A DNA stretch of 37,112 nucleotides from Patescibacteria group bacterium (GCA_024277325.1 JAJRVN010000035.1:1-37112), one strand, 5' to 3'. Shown: positions 15,523 to 26,149, counted from the first letter of the stretch. Notes: generated by a model from the sequence alone, not told the origin. Numbers and translations are program-made.

Positions 15523-16491
15523 TTACTTTGGCAAAGGTGGTCTTTTTTCTGTGACATAAAGGCCGATTAAGGTAATCACGGCGCCAACAATAAAATAAAG
15601 GTTGATGTTTTCAGATAGGACAATCCAAGCCAAGACGACGGCTACGATTGGTTGAAGATAGGTGAATGGGGCCGCTTCGGAAGCTTCAATGAGTTTTAGG
15701 CCATGGTTGCTGGTCCAGTTGGCGATAAGAGTGGAAAAAATAGACATATAGATAAGGCCAAACCAAGCTGCTGGAGGCAGATTAGTGATTAATTTAGCTA
15801 AGAAATTAAACCCCAAAATCATCGACTCAAGCAAGTTTACTTGAGGCAGTGACTGGCTTTGGAGACTAAATTGCTCCCAAGCCGCCAACGGCCAAAACAT
15901 GACCACTCCAGTGATTATCATATAAAAAACCATCTCGATCGGTTGATGTTTGCGGTTTATAATTTCTTTGCTGAAGATGAAGATGCCGGCGTAAACTAAG
16001 GAAAACAAAAAAGTCAGGCCGTTGCCGATTAAGTGTTGGCCAATTTGGCTGTAATTAATGCCAAGCAACGGCTCAACCATGATGATTGTGGCTCCGACAA
16101 CCGTGATGAAAAAACCGATTTTTTCTTGGCGGGTTATAACTTCTTTAAGAATTAGCCCTGAGCCCATGACAATAAAGATTGGTGACAGAGAAGATAAAAA
16201 AGCGCCTTCGGCAGCGGTGGTTAGATCAAAACCGACAAAGATAAGAATTAGGCTGGCGCTTTGCAGCAAGCCCCAAAAGATCAATTTTTTAACATCGGTT
16301 AATTTGAAATTTTCTTTATGCAACCAAACTAAAAAAAACGGCAAAAAAACCGCGATATTTATTAGGTAGCGGTAAAACAGGAAACTAAAAGGGGGCAGGT
16401 AGTCAAGAGTTGTTTTAATTACCACAGCGGCTACCCCCCAAATGACTGTGGTGGCGCTTAAGTAAAGATAGGCTTTGGCACGAATTGACAT
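15523..16491 (-). CDS. EamA/DMT-family transporter
   Basis: About 10 TM helices with a duplicated EamA pattern (IWG..., YLQPIVAVVLAWIVLSE). Confidence 0.88.
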   Translation of the reverse strand: MSIRAKAYLYLSATTVIWGVAAVVIKTTLDYLPPFSFLFYRYLINIAVFLPFFLVWLHKENFKLTDVKKLIFWGLLQSASLILIFVGFDLTTAAEGAFLSSLSPIFIVMGSGLILKEVITRQEKIGFFITVVGATIIMVEPLLGINYSQIGQHLIGNGLTFLFSLVYAGIFIFSKEIINRKHQPIEMVFYMIITGVVMFWPLAAWEQFSLQSQSLPQVNLLESMILGFNFLAKLITNLPPAAWFGLIYMSIFSTLIANWTSNHGLKLIEASEAAPFTYLQPIVAVVLAWIVLSENINLYFIVGAVITLIGLYVTEKRPPLPK

Positions 16492-16654
16492 ATAAGGCTA
16501 TGTTAACAATTAAAAAGTCACAACGCAATCAAGATGACCAGCGCAGCAAAGCTTGTTGAACTTGCAGGTTTGAACTTGTTAAAGCTAGTGGCAGGCTTTT
16601 TAAAATAATTAGCCTTTTACTTGCTTTGTGGCCATTGCTTAAACTTAGATTTAC

Positions 16655-16683
16655 TTGACAAAAGTTAGCACTCGAGGTATGAT
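16655..16683 (+). promoter_or_regulatory. Sigma70 promoter of the hrcA operon
   Basis: TTGACA (16655-16660), 17 bp, TATGAT (16678-16683). Confidence 0.85.
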
Positions 16684-16691
16684 TTTGCTAG
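16665..16691 (+). promoter_or_regulatory. CIRCE element (HrcA operator) with a degenerate right arm
   Basis: TTAGCACTC-N9-TTTTGCTAG versus consensus TTAGCACTC-N9-GAGTGCTAA, directly upstream of hrcA. Confidence 0.85.
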
Positions 16692-16713
16692 TAACTTAAA
16701 TTAAAAGCAAACT

Positions 16714-17451
16714 ATGGCTTTAACAGATAGACAGATTCAGATACTAAAGTATATTATCGAAGAATTTATAGCTTCGGCCCGGCCAGTTGGCTCCCAAATT
16801 TTAGAGGATAAGTATAATATTGGCGTTTCTCCGGCGACGATAAGGAATGAGATGGCGGTTTTAACTCAAGAAAACTTTCTGTTTCAACCGCATGTTTCGG
16901 CCGGTCGGGTGCCAACTACCCAAGCAATGCGTTTTTATGTTCGTAACCTTATCAACCCAAACGAAGACAATGTTACGGCCCAAGAGGAAGTTAGCTTAAA
17001 GACAAAGCTTTATCCCAAGCGGCATGATCTTAATATGATGCTTGATGAGGCGGTTGATTTATTGGCCGATCAATTAAAAAGCATCGTTGTAGCCAGTAGT
17101 GATGAAGAGGAGATGAATTTTTCCGGCTTGAGTTATTTGTTTGACTATCCGGAGTTTATGGAAATAGAACTGGCTCGCCAGGTTTTGTCGTTACTAGATG
17201 AAGAGAAGATGTTTTGGGATATTTTTCATCTTGGCAAAGGCGATGAGCCTGTGATTACTCTAATAGGCGAGGAGCTGGGCAGCCAAAATCTATATGGTTG
17301 CGGTTTGGTGTACACGCCGTTGCAGATAAGTCACCATGTTAGCTATGTCGGCGTTATTGGCTCTTACAGAATGGATTATAAGCAGATTATTCCCCGTTTG
17401 AGATTATTAAGACGTTTGATTTTGGGATTGGTTCAACAGCCGGAAAATTAA
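16714..17451 (+). CDS. hrcA: Heat-inducible transcription repressor HrcA (short form)
   Basis: LTDRQIQIL, PVGS, VSPATIRNEM, QPHVSAGRVPT, GVIGSYRMDY; CIRCE upstream. Confidence 0.95.
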   Translation: MALTDRQIQILKYIIEEFIASARPVGSQILEDKYNIGVSPATIRNEMAVLTQENFLFQPHVSAGRVPTTQAMRFYVRNLINPNEDNVTAQEEVSLKTKLYPKRHDLNMMLDEAVDLLADQLKSIVVASSDEEEMNFSGLSYLFDYPEFMEIELARQVLSLLDEEKMFWDIFHLGKGDEPVITLIGEELGSQNLYGCGLVYTPLQISHHVSYVGVIGSYRMDYKQIIPRLRLLRRLILGLVQQPEN

Positions 17452-17464
17452 AAAGAGATTAAAA

Positions 17465-17935
17465 ATGAAACCAAAGAAAGAAAATAAACTTGATCAACTA
17501 GTTGGCCGACTTAGGCGAGAGAACGATGACTTAAAGCGTCGTTTAGCTCGGGCTTTGGCCGATTACCATAACTTTGAGGCCAGAGCCAACAGGCAACTTG
17601 AGCGCAGTTTAGCCAAAGCTCAAGTGGAGATGATAAAAGATATGTTAATAGTTTACGAAGCGGTAGTGAATTTGTACAACTATGATAATTCGGCCGAACA
17701 CAAGGCGGTTTTGAGTACCTTTGACAATTTTTTAAATAAATATAAAATAACTAAGCTTAAGGTTAAAGAGGGTGATGTTTTTGACCCGGCCATCAGCGAG
17801 TGTTTGCAGATTGAAACCGGTCGAAAAGACAGGGTGACTCAAGTTGTCAGACCAGGCTTTAAGCTAGGCGATTTGATTATTAAGCCGGCTTTGGTCAAAG
17901 TCGGCGCCGGCATAAAAAAGGATAAAAAAAATTAA
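17465..17935 (+). CDS. grpE: Nucleotide exchange factor GrpE
   Basis: [31 protein letters not shown]; located between hrcA and dnaK. Confidence 0.92.
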   Translation: MKPKKENKLDQLVGRLRRENDDLKRRLARALADYHNFEARANRQLERSLAKAQVEMIKDMLIVYEAVVNLYNYDNSAEHKAVLSTFDNFLNKYKITKLKVKEGDVFDPAISECLQIETGRKDRVTQVVRPGFKLGDLIIKPALVKVGAGIKKDKKN

Positions 17936-17951
17936 ATTAAAGGAGGTTAAA

Positions 17952-19856
17952 ATGAGTAAGATAATAGGCATTGATTTAGGAACAACCAATTCTTGCGTAG
18001 CTGTTTTGGAGGCTGGCAAGCCAAAAATAATTCCATCCAGCGAGGGCAGAAACACGATTCCTTCAGTAGTTGATGTTGTCGGCGGAGCCGTCGGCGATGT
18101 GGCTAAAAGGCAGTTGGTTTTAAAACCGGCTCAAACCATTTATTCAATTAAGCGCCTGATGGGCCGGCGGTTTGACGATCCGGAAGTGAAAAAGATTCAA
18201 AAAAAGATGGGCTATGAAATAGTTAAGGGTAAAAGCAACCTGGCCTGTGTTAAGGTTGACGGCAAAGTGTATACGCCCCAAGAAATCTCGGCCCGTATCT
18301 TAATGAAGCTGAAAAAAGACGCTGAAGAGTATTTGGGAGAAAAAGTTGAAGAAGCGGTGATCACGGTGCCGGCTTATTTTGATGATTCTCAACGACAGGC
18401 AACCAAAGAAGCCGGTAAGATAGCCGGCTTGAAAGTGAAAAGGATCTTAAACGAACCGACCGCCGCTTCTTTAGCTTATGGCCTTGACAAAGGCAAAAGT
18501 CACACTATCGCGGTTTATGATTTGGGTGGTGGTACTTTTGATATTTCGATACTAGAATTAGGCGACAGTGTTTTTGAGGTCAAGTCAACCAGTGGTGACA
18601 CGTATTTAGGCGGAGATGACTTTGATGATAAAGTGATTCATTGGTTAGTTGACGAGTTCAAGAGGGACACCGGAGTTGACTTGAGTCAAGACAGTCAAGC
18701 CCTCCAACGGCTTAAAGAGGCGGCCGAAAAAGCAAAAATAGAACTGTCGTCAACCATGGAAACTGAAATTAACCTACCGTTTTTAACTCAAGGACCAAAT
18801 AACCAACCACTTCATTTGGTTAAGAAGTTAACTAGGTCGCAACTGGAGAGTTTGGTCGCCGATTTAATAGATAAAACTTTAGAGCCGGTCAAGCAAGCTT
18901 TAAAAGATGCCAAACTGACAGCCAAAGATATAAATGAAGTTGTTTTAGTTGGTGGTATGACTCGAATGCCGAAGGTTCAAGATGTGGTTAAACAATTTTT
19001 TGGCAAAGAACCTCACAAAGGAGTCAATCCAGACGAAGTGGTTGCTATCGGCGCCGCCATTCAAGCCGGCATAATTACTGGTGAGGTTAAAGACGTTGTC
19101 TTACTTGATGTTACGCCGTTGACTTTGGGTATCGAGACTTTGGGCCAGGTTATGACTCCGATTATAGAGAGAAACACAACCATTCCAACAGAAAAAAGCC
19201 AGGTTTTTTCTACCGCCGCCGACAATCAAACCCAGGTTGAGATTCATGTCTTGCAAGGTGAGAGGCCATTGGCCAAAGACAATAAGTCACTTGGCCGGTT
19301 TATTTTAGACGGCATTCCGCCGGCTCCTCGGGGAGTGCCCCAAATAGAGGTTAGTTTTGAGATTGATACGGACGGCATTTTGAAGGTCTCGGCCCAAGAT
19401 AAAGCTACCGGCAAAAAGCAAAATATTGTTATCCAAGGAGCCACAGGTTTAAGCGATGAAGAAGTCTCCAGGATGCAACAAGAGGCTAAAAAACATGCCG
19501 AAGAAGATGCTCAGATTAAGGCCAAGATTAAGGCCAGGAACAAGCTTGACAGCTTGATTTTGGCCATAGACAAAACCTATGGCGATGTCAAGGATAAGCT
19601 GTCTGACGATGTTAAAGCCCAACTGGACAAAGCTCTGACTGAAGCTAAGAAGGTTAAGGACGATGATCAGGCCGGTAAAGATAAGCTGGAGGAGGCCTAT
19701 GACAGCCTTAATCAAGTGATTAAGAAGTATTCCCAAGAACTATACCAGCCGGCTCAAGACCACAAATCGGCTCGGGACCAAGATGGTAAAGCCCAAGCTA
19801 AACCACCTGAAGCCGAGGTGGTCGAAGAAGATAAAGAGGAAAAAAAGAAGGAATAA
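17952..19856 (+). CDS. dnaK: Chaperone DnaK
   Basis: [39 protein letters not shown]; SD AGGAGG at 17941-17946. Confidence 0.99.
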   Translation: MSKIIGIDLGTTNSCVAVLEAGKPKIIPSSEGRNTIPSVVDVVGGAVGDVAKRQLVLKPAQTIYSIKRLMGRRFDDPEVKKIQKKMGYEIVKGKSNLACVKVDGKVYTPQEISARILMKLKKDAEEYLGEKVEEAVITVPAYFDDSQRQATKEAGKIAGLKVKRILNEPTAASLAYGLDKGKSHTIAVYDLGGGTFDISILELGDSVFEVKSTSGDTYLGGDDFDDKVIHWLVDEFKRDTGVDLSQDSQALQRLKEAAEKAKIELSSTMETEINLPFLTQGPNNQPLHLVKKLTRSQLESLVADLIDKTLEPVKQALKDAKLTAKDINEVVLVGGMTRMPKVQDVVKQFFGKEPHKGVNPDEVVAIGAAIQAGIITGEVKDVVLLDVTPLTLGIETLGQVMTPIIERNTTIPTEKSQVFSTAADNQTQVEIHVLQGERPLAKDNKSLGRFILDGIPPAPRGVPQIEVSFEIDTDGILKVSAQDKATGKKQNIVIQGATGLSDEEVSRMQQEAKKHAEEDAQIKAKIKARNKLDSLILAIDKTYGDVKDKLSDDVKAQLDKALTEAKKVKDDDQAGKDKLEEAYDSLNQVIKKYSQELYQPAQDHKSARDQDGKAQAKPPEAEVVEEDKEEKKKE

Positions 19857-19892
19857 TTTTAAAACCTTTTGGTTTTATTAAAGATAAACAAG

Positions 19893-20696
19893 ATGGCTTT
19901 TACTAAAGACCCGTATCAGGTTTTGGGTGTTGATCGGCAAGCTAGCCAAGACCAGATCAAAAAAGCTTACCGCCGACTGGCTTTAAAGTACCATCCGGAT
20001 AAAAACAAATCGGCTGATGCCAAAGATAAGTTTAAGGAAATAAACGCCGCTTACGAGGTCTTGTCCGACCCGCAAAAGCGTCGGCAGTATGACAGCTTTG
20101 GCCATGCATGGTTTAATCCTAATATGGGCGGCGGTTTTTCTGCCGGTGGCTTTGATTTTAATTTTTCCGACCCACTTGATATTTTTGAGCAATTTTTCAA
20201 CTTTGGTTCACCCTTTAACCGCCGGAGGTCTTTGCCTAGGGCTTTTGCCAGGCTGAGTTTGAAGGAGGTTTTGACCGGGGCCAAGCGTAAAATCGCTGTG
20301 TCAGGCAAGACCAGGCAGGTCGATATTCCTCCCGGCGTCGAAAACGGACTGAAGTTTAGGTATGATGATTTTATCCTCGAAATAGAGGTGATTAACGATA
20401 CGGTTTTTAAGCTTAACGGCCGTGACTTAATTTACCAAGCTCCAACCTTGTTAAGCCAAGCTGTCTTGGGCGGAGTTGTTAAGGTTCCGACTCTTGACGG
20501 CAAGGATTTAAAAATCAAAGTGCCGCCGGGAACCAAAACCGGCGATTTATTAAGGGTCAGAAATTACGGCCTGCCAAAGCTTAATCGACCAAGCGACAGG
20601 GGCGATTTATATATCCAGTTCCAAGTTAAGATGCCCGAAAAGCTTGATCGTCAGCAAAAGAAGCTGTTTAAACAATTAGAAAAACTGGGATTATAG
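19893..20696 (+). CDS. dnaJ: J-domain co-chaperone without zinc finger (class B, CbpA-like architecture)
   Basis: HPD motif, G/F-rich linker, C-terminal domain, no CxxCxGxG repeats; ATG 19893 preferred over TTG 19869. Confidence 0.9.
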   Translation: MAFTKDPYQVLGVDRQASQDQIKKAYRRLALKYHPDKNKSADAKDKFKEINAAYEVLSDPQKRRQYDSFGHAWFNPNMGGGFSAGGFDFNFSDPLDIFEQFFNFGSPFNRRRSLPRAFARLSLKEVLTGAKRKIAVSGKTRQVDIPPGVENGLKFRYDDFILEIEVINDTVFKLNGRDLIYQAPTLLSQAVLGGVVKVPTLDGKDLKIKVPPGTKTGDLLRVRNYGLPKLNRPSDRGDLYIQFQVKMPEKLDRQQKKLFKQLEKLGL

Positions 20697-20716
20697 CAGG
20701 GGTGCTGACAGGTTTT

Positions 20717-20743
20717 AGCTAAGCCGTTGGCTTGCTTGTTTTT
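20717..20743 (+). terminator. Weak putative intrinsic terminator after dnaJ
   Basis: AAGCC-gtt-GGCTT stem, extendable by AGC/GCT, followed by a T-rich tail. Confidence 0.3.
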
Positions 20744-20807
20744 CTCATAATTGAAGTCTTTTTTGTTAATTGGTTTACATCTATGAATCATGATTTATAA
20801 TATAGAC

Positions 20808-21740
20808 ATGATAAGAAAAATAAGTTTGGCGGTGATCGTCGTTTTATCCGGTTTGCTGTTAGGAGGATGCAGCTTAAATCCAAACGCCACTTTGCAGGTT
20901 TTTTCAACTCCAAGGGCGACTGTCATGTTAAATAATAAAATTGTCGGTGAAACGCCTTTTTTTAATACCAAAATCAAAACCGGCTCTTACGATCTTAAAC
21001 TAATCCCAATCGGGCAGGTCGATAATATCTTACCCTATGAAACAAAGTTAGAATTGAAGAAAAATACCAAAACCGCGGTCAAGTGGCAGTTTAACAAAAA
21101 TGAAGCCTCAGCCAGCGGTTATATCATGACCCAAGAAGCTATCTCAGATAAAAAAGGCAGTGTTTTTATGATAGTTTACAATCCATCCGGGGCCACTGTC
21201 AAGCTGGATGACCAAGTGGTTGGAACGACTCCTTTTCAAAAAGATGGTTTAGCCCCGAAACAATACAAGTTAAGCGTCTCAGCTAACGGCTACCAAACCG
21301 AAGAAGCCCTTATCAGCGCCGATGCCGGTTACAAAGTGATTGTTAATCTCAAGTTAGGCCAGCAGACAGGCCAATCAGAGGTATCAAACGAAGCTTCAGC
21401 CAGTGCTTCGCCGACTCCATCAGCTCCGCCGAAAAAAACCTTAACCATCAAAGATACGCCAACCGGCTGGCTAAGAGTCAGGTCAAAGCCGGGCTTGACC
21501 GGCAAAGAACTGGGCAAGGTTAATCCCGGCGATGAATTCGTTATCTTAGATGAGGAAAATGGCTGGTACAAGATAGAATATGAAACTGACAAACAAGGCT
21601 GGGTTTCCGGTACTTACGTCAAGCTCAATCAAGCCGACAATGACAAGGAGTCAGCCGACGCCAAAACGACGCCAACCAAGAAGCCGACCGCCACGCCAAC
21701 CAAGCAAGCCACAGAATCAGCTTCAACAACCAATAATTAG
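20808..21740 (+). CDS. Putative lipoprotein with two PEGA domains, a bacterial SH3 domain and Thr/Pro-rich linkers
   Basis: Lipobox LLLGGC; STPRATV..VGETP and NPSGATV..VGTTP (PEGA); WLRVRSKPG...GWYKI...GWVSGTYV (SH3b); TATAAT 6 nt before ATG 20808. Confidence 0.85.
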   Translation: MIRKISLAVIVVLSGLLLGGCSLNPNATLQVFSTPRATVMLNNKIVGETPFFNTKIKTGSYDLKLIPIGQVDNILPYETKLELKKNTKTAVKWQFNKNEASASGYIMTQEAISDKKGSVFMIVYNPSGATVKLDDQVVGTTPFQKDGLAPKQYKLSVSANGYQTEEALISADAGYKVIVNLKLGQQTGQSEVSNEASASASPTPSAPPKKTLTIKDTPTGWLRVRSKPGLTGKELGKVNPGDEFVILDEENGWYKIEYETDKQGWVSGTYVKLNQADNDKESADAKTTPTKKPTATPTKQATESASTTNN

Positions 21741-21812
21741 CTGGAGGGAGAAGCCAACCTTTGTCAGTTAACGTTTTAACCAAGATCGCTTATCAATTTA
21801 GATTATATTTTT

Positions 21813-22556
21813 ATGTTAAAGCTGGATAATTTAACGGTTAAAGCTAAAACTAAGCTGATTTTAGAGAATCTCAACTTAAGTTTTAAAGCCGGCCGAACGT
21901 ATGTCATAATGGGACCGAATGGGTCCGGCAAGTCAACCTTGGCCAAGTCAATCATAGCCGATCCGGAGTATGAATACCGGGGGAAGATTTACTTTAAGGC
22001 TAAAGATATAACCAACTTATCAACCGAAGACAGGGCCAAACTGGGCTTGTTTGTCAGCTTCCAAAATCCGGTCGAGTTAAGTGGTATTAGCCTTTTTGAT
22101 TTAATGAAGCTGACTTTAAAAAGGAAAGTGAGGATTTTAGAGATTAAAAGGCAGATAGATGAGCTGGCGAAGCAGATTGATTTAAATCCTGAGGTGATAA
22201 AAAGCAGTCTTAATCAGTCAGTTTCCGGAGGCGAGGCCAAAAAGCTTGAGGTGATTCAAGCTTGCCTGCTAAATCCCGAAGTAATTGTTTTTGACGAGAT
22301 AGATACCGGCCTGGATGTTGATGCTCTTGGCCAGATAGCCAACTTAATTAAGCGCCGTTTTCAAAAACCGGACAAGACATTAATTATCATTACCCACAAC
22401 AGCCGGATTTTAAACCACCTTCGACCTGATGAGGTTTTAATTATGAAAAATGGCCAAGTTGTCAACCAGGGTGGGCCAAACCTGGTTAAGCAAATAGATA
22501 GGTATGGTTTTAAAGGTTGGAATTTAAAGGCTAAGTTATCAAAGTTGCATTTTTAA
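21813..22556 (+). CDS. sufC: Fe-S assembly ATPase SufC
   Basis: MGPNGSGKSTL, FQNP, SGGEAKK, FDEIDTGLDVDAL, ITH; adjacent to sufB. Confidence 0.95.
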   Translation: MLKLDNLTVKAKTKLILENLNLSFKAGRTYVIMGPNGSGKSTLAKSIIADPEYEYRGKIYFKAKDITNLSTEDRAKLGLFVSFQNPVELSGISLFDLMKLTLKRKVRILEIKRQIDELAKQIDLNPEVIKSSLNQSVSGGEAKKLEVIQACLLNPEVIVFDEIDTGLDVDALGQIANLIKRRFQKPDKTLIIITHNSRILNHLRPDEVLIMKNGQVVNQGGPNLVKQIDRYGFKGWNLKAKLSKLHF

Positions 22557-22557
22557 A

Positions 22558-23901
22558 ATGACCGATCCGGCTTATCAGTTGCCCAGGGGCCTTAACCGGG
22601 ATGTTATCCGTAAGATTTCCAAACACAAAAAAGAACCGGATTGGATGCTTGAGTTTAGGCTTAACGCTTACAAAATTTTTCAATCTAAACATAAGCCAAA
22701 CTGGGGAGTTGATTTAAGTCGATTAGATTTTAATGATTTAAGTTATTATTCGGTTGCCTTTGGCAAAAAAGCGACTTGGAGCGAGATACCAAAAGAGATT
22801 AAGTTGGTTTATGAAAAGCTTGGTATTCCAGAGGCTGAGCAAAAGTTTTTAGCCGGTGTTTCCACTCAGCTTGAGTCGCAAGTCATTTATGAAAGTTTAA
22901 AGTTTGATCTGGAGAGGCAAGGGGTTATTTTTACCGATACCGATACCGCGGTTCAAAAATATCCGGGCCTTTTTAGAAAGTATTTTGCCAAATTGGTGCC
23001 GCCGACGGACAATCTTTTTGCTGCCTTAAACTCGGCGGTCTGGTCCGGCGGTTCTTTTGTTTATGTCCCCAAAGGGGTGCAGATAAAACGGCCTCTTCAA
23101 GCTTATTTCTTAATCAACTTAGCTAGAATCGGCCAGTTTGAGATAACTCTAATTATCGTGGAAGAGGGCGGTATGGCTCATTATTTGGAAGGATGTACGG
23201 CTCCGATTTATAGACGAGACTCGCTTCATGCCGCGGTGGTCGAGGTGTTTGTTCACAACCGGGCTCGTCTTCGTTATACAACGGTGCAAAACTGGAGCAA
23301 AAACGTTTATAACTTGACCACCAAGCGGGCCAGGGTCGAAGAAGAAGCGGTTATGGAGTGGGTTGATGGCAATATCGGATCTCTGGCGACGATGAAATAC
23401 CCGGCTTGTCTTTTAGTTGGCAAGCGGGCCCATGGAGAAACTTTGTCGGTGTCCTTTGCTGACAGCGGCCAACACCAAGACACCGGAGCTAAGATGGTTC
23501 ATCTAGCCAAAAAAACAACATCAAGGATTATAGCTAAGTCTGTATCTAAAGGCACCGGCCGAAGCTCCTATCGAGGTTTGGTCAAGTTCGGCCCGCAAGC
23601 CGCCGGCTCATCGGCTTTTGTCTCTTGCGATGCCTTGATTTTAAACGAAACCGCCAGGTCAGATACGTACCCGATTATGAAGGTTTCAACCAAACGGATC
23701 ACCCTCAAGCATGAAGCCACGGTTGAAAAGCTGGAAGAGAAAAAACTGCTTTATTTAATGAGCCGAGGCTTGAACCGATCTCAAGCCGAGGGCTTGCTGG
23801 TTTCAGGGTTTATCAGTCCGGTACTCAAGGAAATTCCCTTAGAGTACGCCAGCGAGTTAAATCGGCTTATCAATTTAAAGATGGAGGGTTCGGTTGGCTG
23901 A
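22558..23901 (+). CDS. sufB: Fe-S scaffold SufB
   Basis: KLGIPEAE, NSAVWSGGSF, EGCTAP, TVQNWS, DTGAKM, SCDAL, HEAT. Confidence 0.97.
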   Translation: MTDPAYQLPRGLNRDVIRKISKHKKEPDWMLEFRLNAYKIFQSKHKPNWGVDLSRLDFNDLSYYSVAFGKKATWSEIPKEIKLVYEKLGIPEAEQKFLAGVSTQLESQVIYESLKFDLERQGVIFTDTDTAVQKYPGLFRKYFAKLVPPTDNLFAALNSAVWSGGSFVYVPKGVQIKRPLQAYFLINLARIGQFEITLIIVEEGGMAHYLEGCTAPIYRRDSLHAAVVEVFVHNRARLRYTTVQNWSKNVYNLTTKRARVEEEAVMEWVDGNIGSLATMKYPACLLVGKRAHGETLSVSFADSGQHQDTGAKMVHLAKKTTSRIIAKSVSKGTGRSSYRGLVKFGPQAAGSSAFVSCDALILNETARSDTYPIMKVSTKRITLKHEATVEKLEEKKLLYLMSRGLNRSQAEGLLVSGFISPVLKEIPLEYASELNRLINLKMEGSVG

Positions 23902-24538
23902 CTTTCATCAAGTACTCAGGCCGGTTTTAATCTCAACCGATGAAGTTAAGACTTGCCCTCTGGGCTTAATTAACCTTAACCAGCCGGGCAACTACTTGGT
24001 TTGGCTGATGAATTACTCCGGCGAATTATCGATTGATATAGTTTCTAGTTATGTTAGAGTATATGTTTTTGGCACTTATTACGGTCGGCAAAATCAGGTT
24101 TTTGATTTATCCATAAATCAAAGGCATATTGAACCAAACAGCCTGTCGCAAGTTCTTATCAAAGGGGTTTTTGCCGGCGCCAGCCGATTCAGCTACAAAG
24201 GATTGATTAAGATATTGGCCAAGGCGCAGTCAAGCCAAGCCTATCAAAAAAACCAAAATTTGATTTTATCCGACAAGGCCTATGTTGAGTCGGATCCGTT
24301 CTTGGAGATAGAAGCCAACCGGGTAGTTTGCGGCCATGGATCAACCACTAGTAGCTTATCAATTCGCCAGCTTAATTATTTGTTAAGCCGAGGCTTAAGC
24401 CATGCCCAAGCAGAGAGATTAATGATATTCGGGTTTTTGTCGGAGGTGGTTTATCAGTCTAAGGCTAAAGCCAAACAACTTAAATTATTAGCAGGGCTTG
24501 ATAAAATCTTGAACCGTTTAAAGCTTGGTAGAACATAA
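23894..24538 (+). CDS. sufD: SufD-like protein (short, C-terminal part of the beta-helix)
   Basis: PFLEIEANRVVCGHGST, YLLSRGL; overlaps the end of sufB. Confidence 0.85.
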   Translation: MADFHQVLRPVLISTDEVKTCPLGLINLNQPGNYLVWLMNYSGELSIDIVSSYVRVYVFGTYYGRQNQVFDLSINQRHIEPNSLSQVLIKGVFAGASRFSYKGLIKILAKAQSSQAYQKNQNLILSDKAYVESDPFLEIEANRVVCGHGSTTSSLSIRQLNYLLSRGLSHAQAERLMIFGFLSEVVYQSKAKAKQLKLLAGLDKILNRLKLGRT

Positions 24539-24612
24539 TTCATTGCTGTTTAAATTTTCCACCTTAAGAGATGGATAGGTTATTGGGATTATGCTAAACT
24601 TAAAGCAGACAG

Positions 24613-26064
24613 ATGGTTGACCGTGATTTTTATCAGCTTTATAAGCAAGTTTACAAAGACAAAAATCTATTTCAAGTTAATCGCAAGCTACCTACCAACC
24701 CCTTAAGCCAAAGACGGCCAAACTCAGTCATCGTCGCCGGCGGTGCTTTGGGGGACGAGGGCAAGGGTCGAGTCACCGATGAGCTAAGCCATTATTTTTT
24801 AAACAAACTTGGTAAGGTATTTCATTATCGGGATAATGGCGGCGCCAATGCCGGCCACACCGTGGTTGTCAAAAGCAAAAAAATAGTTCTTCACCAGTTG
24901 GCATCGGGCATTATCCAGTCGGGTTGCAGCGTTATTTTAAGCCGGGGTATGGTTTTGCACCCGGAGGATTTGGTCGCCGAGATAAACCAAGTTAAGAAAG
25001 CTTTTGCCGGCCAACTGCCGGCTAAGCTGATTATAGACGAGATGGCGGTTTTGTCTTTGGATACGCATCGAGCTTTTGAGACCGCCATTAAAAAGCAAAC
25101 GACCCAAGTGGACTCAACCAGCCGAGGCATATCTCCGGCTTATGCTGATATTATTTACCGTCACCCGCTACGCATGCGAGATCTGGTCGGCAAAAATTTT
25201 AAAGCCAAGTTTCACCATCACTATCGATTTTATCGAGATTTGATAAGAGGTCTAGGCCAAAATTTGGCCCAAATTGAGGTCGTTAGGCTTCAAGGCGGTA
25301 AGTTGACCGTCGGCAATGAGGATCTGTTTATCGCCCGGTTGACTAAAGCCAGGCAACAATTGCTTGATTTTATCAAGCCTACCCATAATTTGATTGATAA
25401 GGCTTGGCAATCGCAAGCCGGCTTTGTCATAGAAAAAGCCCAAGCTTTGGGATTGGATAAAAACTGGGGCACTTATCCTGACGTGACCGCATCTGACTGT
25501 AGTTATGAAGGGGTTCATACCTCCAGTTACGGTATCATCGACCCTTTGGATATCTCGGTGAAAACCGCGGTGATTAAAGCCACTTATACTTCTAGTGTCG
25601 GCAAAAGGCGCATGCCGACCAGAATGGCTGCCAAGCTAGAGAATAAAATTAGGCGCGACGCCAATGAATATGGAGCCACAACCGGCCGGCCACGTGACAT
25701 ACTCTATATAGACCTGCCCATGTTAAGTTATTTGTTTAAGGTGGGTAGAGTTGAGTTTTTAACCATGACGCATCTTGATATAAGTTATAAGGATCAACCG
25801 ATTAGAGTTTGTTTAACTTACAAGCTAAACGGGCGCCGGGTAGGTTACCGGCCTGATCTGGCTTTTTTGGCTCGAGTTGAGCCCGAGTATATAGACCTGC
25901 CCAGTTGGCAAGGCGAAGAATTAGAGGGGATTAAAAAGATTAGCGACCTACCCATGTCAACCTTGCAATATATAGCCTTTATCAGCCAAGCTTTAAGCTG
26001 TCGGATGTTGATGGCCACAACCGGTTCGGAAAGATCTCAATCTTTAAGTTGGCTGCCAATTTAA
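24613..26064 (+). CDS. purA: Adenylosuccinate synthetase, divergent, with an N-terminal extension
   Basis: GDEGKG, GGANAGHT, GTYPDVTAS, YGATTGRPR. Confidence 0.9.
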   Translation: MVDRDFYQLYKQVYKDKNLFQVNRKLPTNPLSQRRPNSVIVAGGALGDEGKGRVTDELSHYFLNKLGKVFHYRDNGGANAGHTVVVKSKKIVLHQLASGIIQSGCSVILSRGMVLHPEDLVAEINQVKKAFAGQLPAKLIIDEMAVLSLDTHRAFETAIKKQTTQVDSTSRGISPAYADIIYRHPLRMRDLVGKNFKAKFHHHYRFYRDLIRGLGQNLAQIEVVRLQGGKLTVGNEDLFIARLTKARQQLLDFIKPTHNLIDKAWQSQAGFVIEKAQALGLDKNWGTYPDVTASDCSYEGVHTSSYGIIDPLDISVKTAVIKATYTSSVGKRRMPTRMAAKLENKIRRDANEYGATTGRPRDILYIDLPMLSYLFKVGRVEFLTMTHLDISYKDQPIRVCLTYKLNGRRVGYRPDLAFLARVEPEYIDLPSWQGEELEGIKKISDLPMSTLQYIAFISQALSCRMLMATTGSERSQSLSWLPI

Positions 26065-26149
26065 CCAGGATTTTACCAACCCGGCCTGTTTCTGGCAAAA
26101 TTAAAAAAAACCAATCCTCAATAAGATAAAAGTGGTTTATAATCAAGAT

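Noticed and set aside
24613-26064. PurZ (2-aminoadenine, Z-genome pathway)
   Set aside because: Retains the PurA Asp in GDEGKG (Ser in PurZ) and the Arg in TTGR; no phage context, datZ or mazZ
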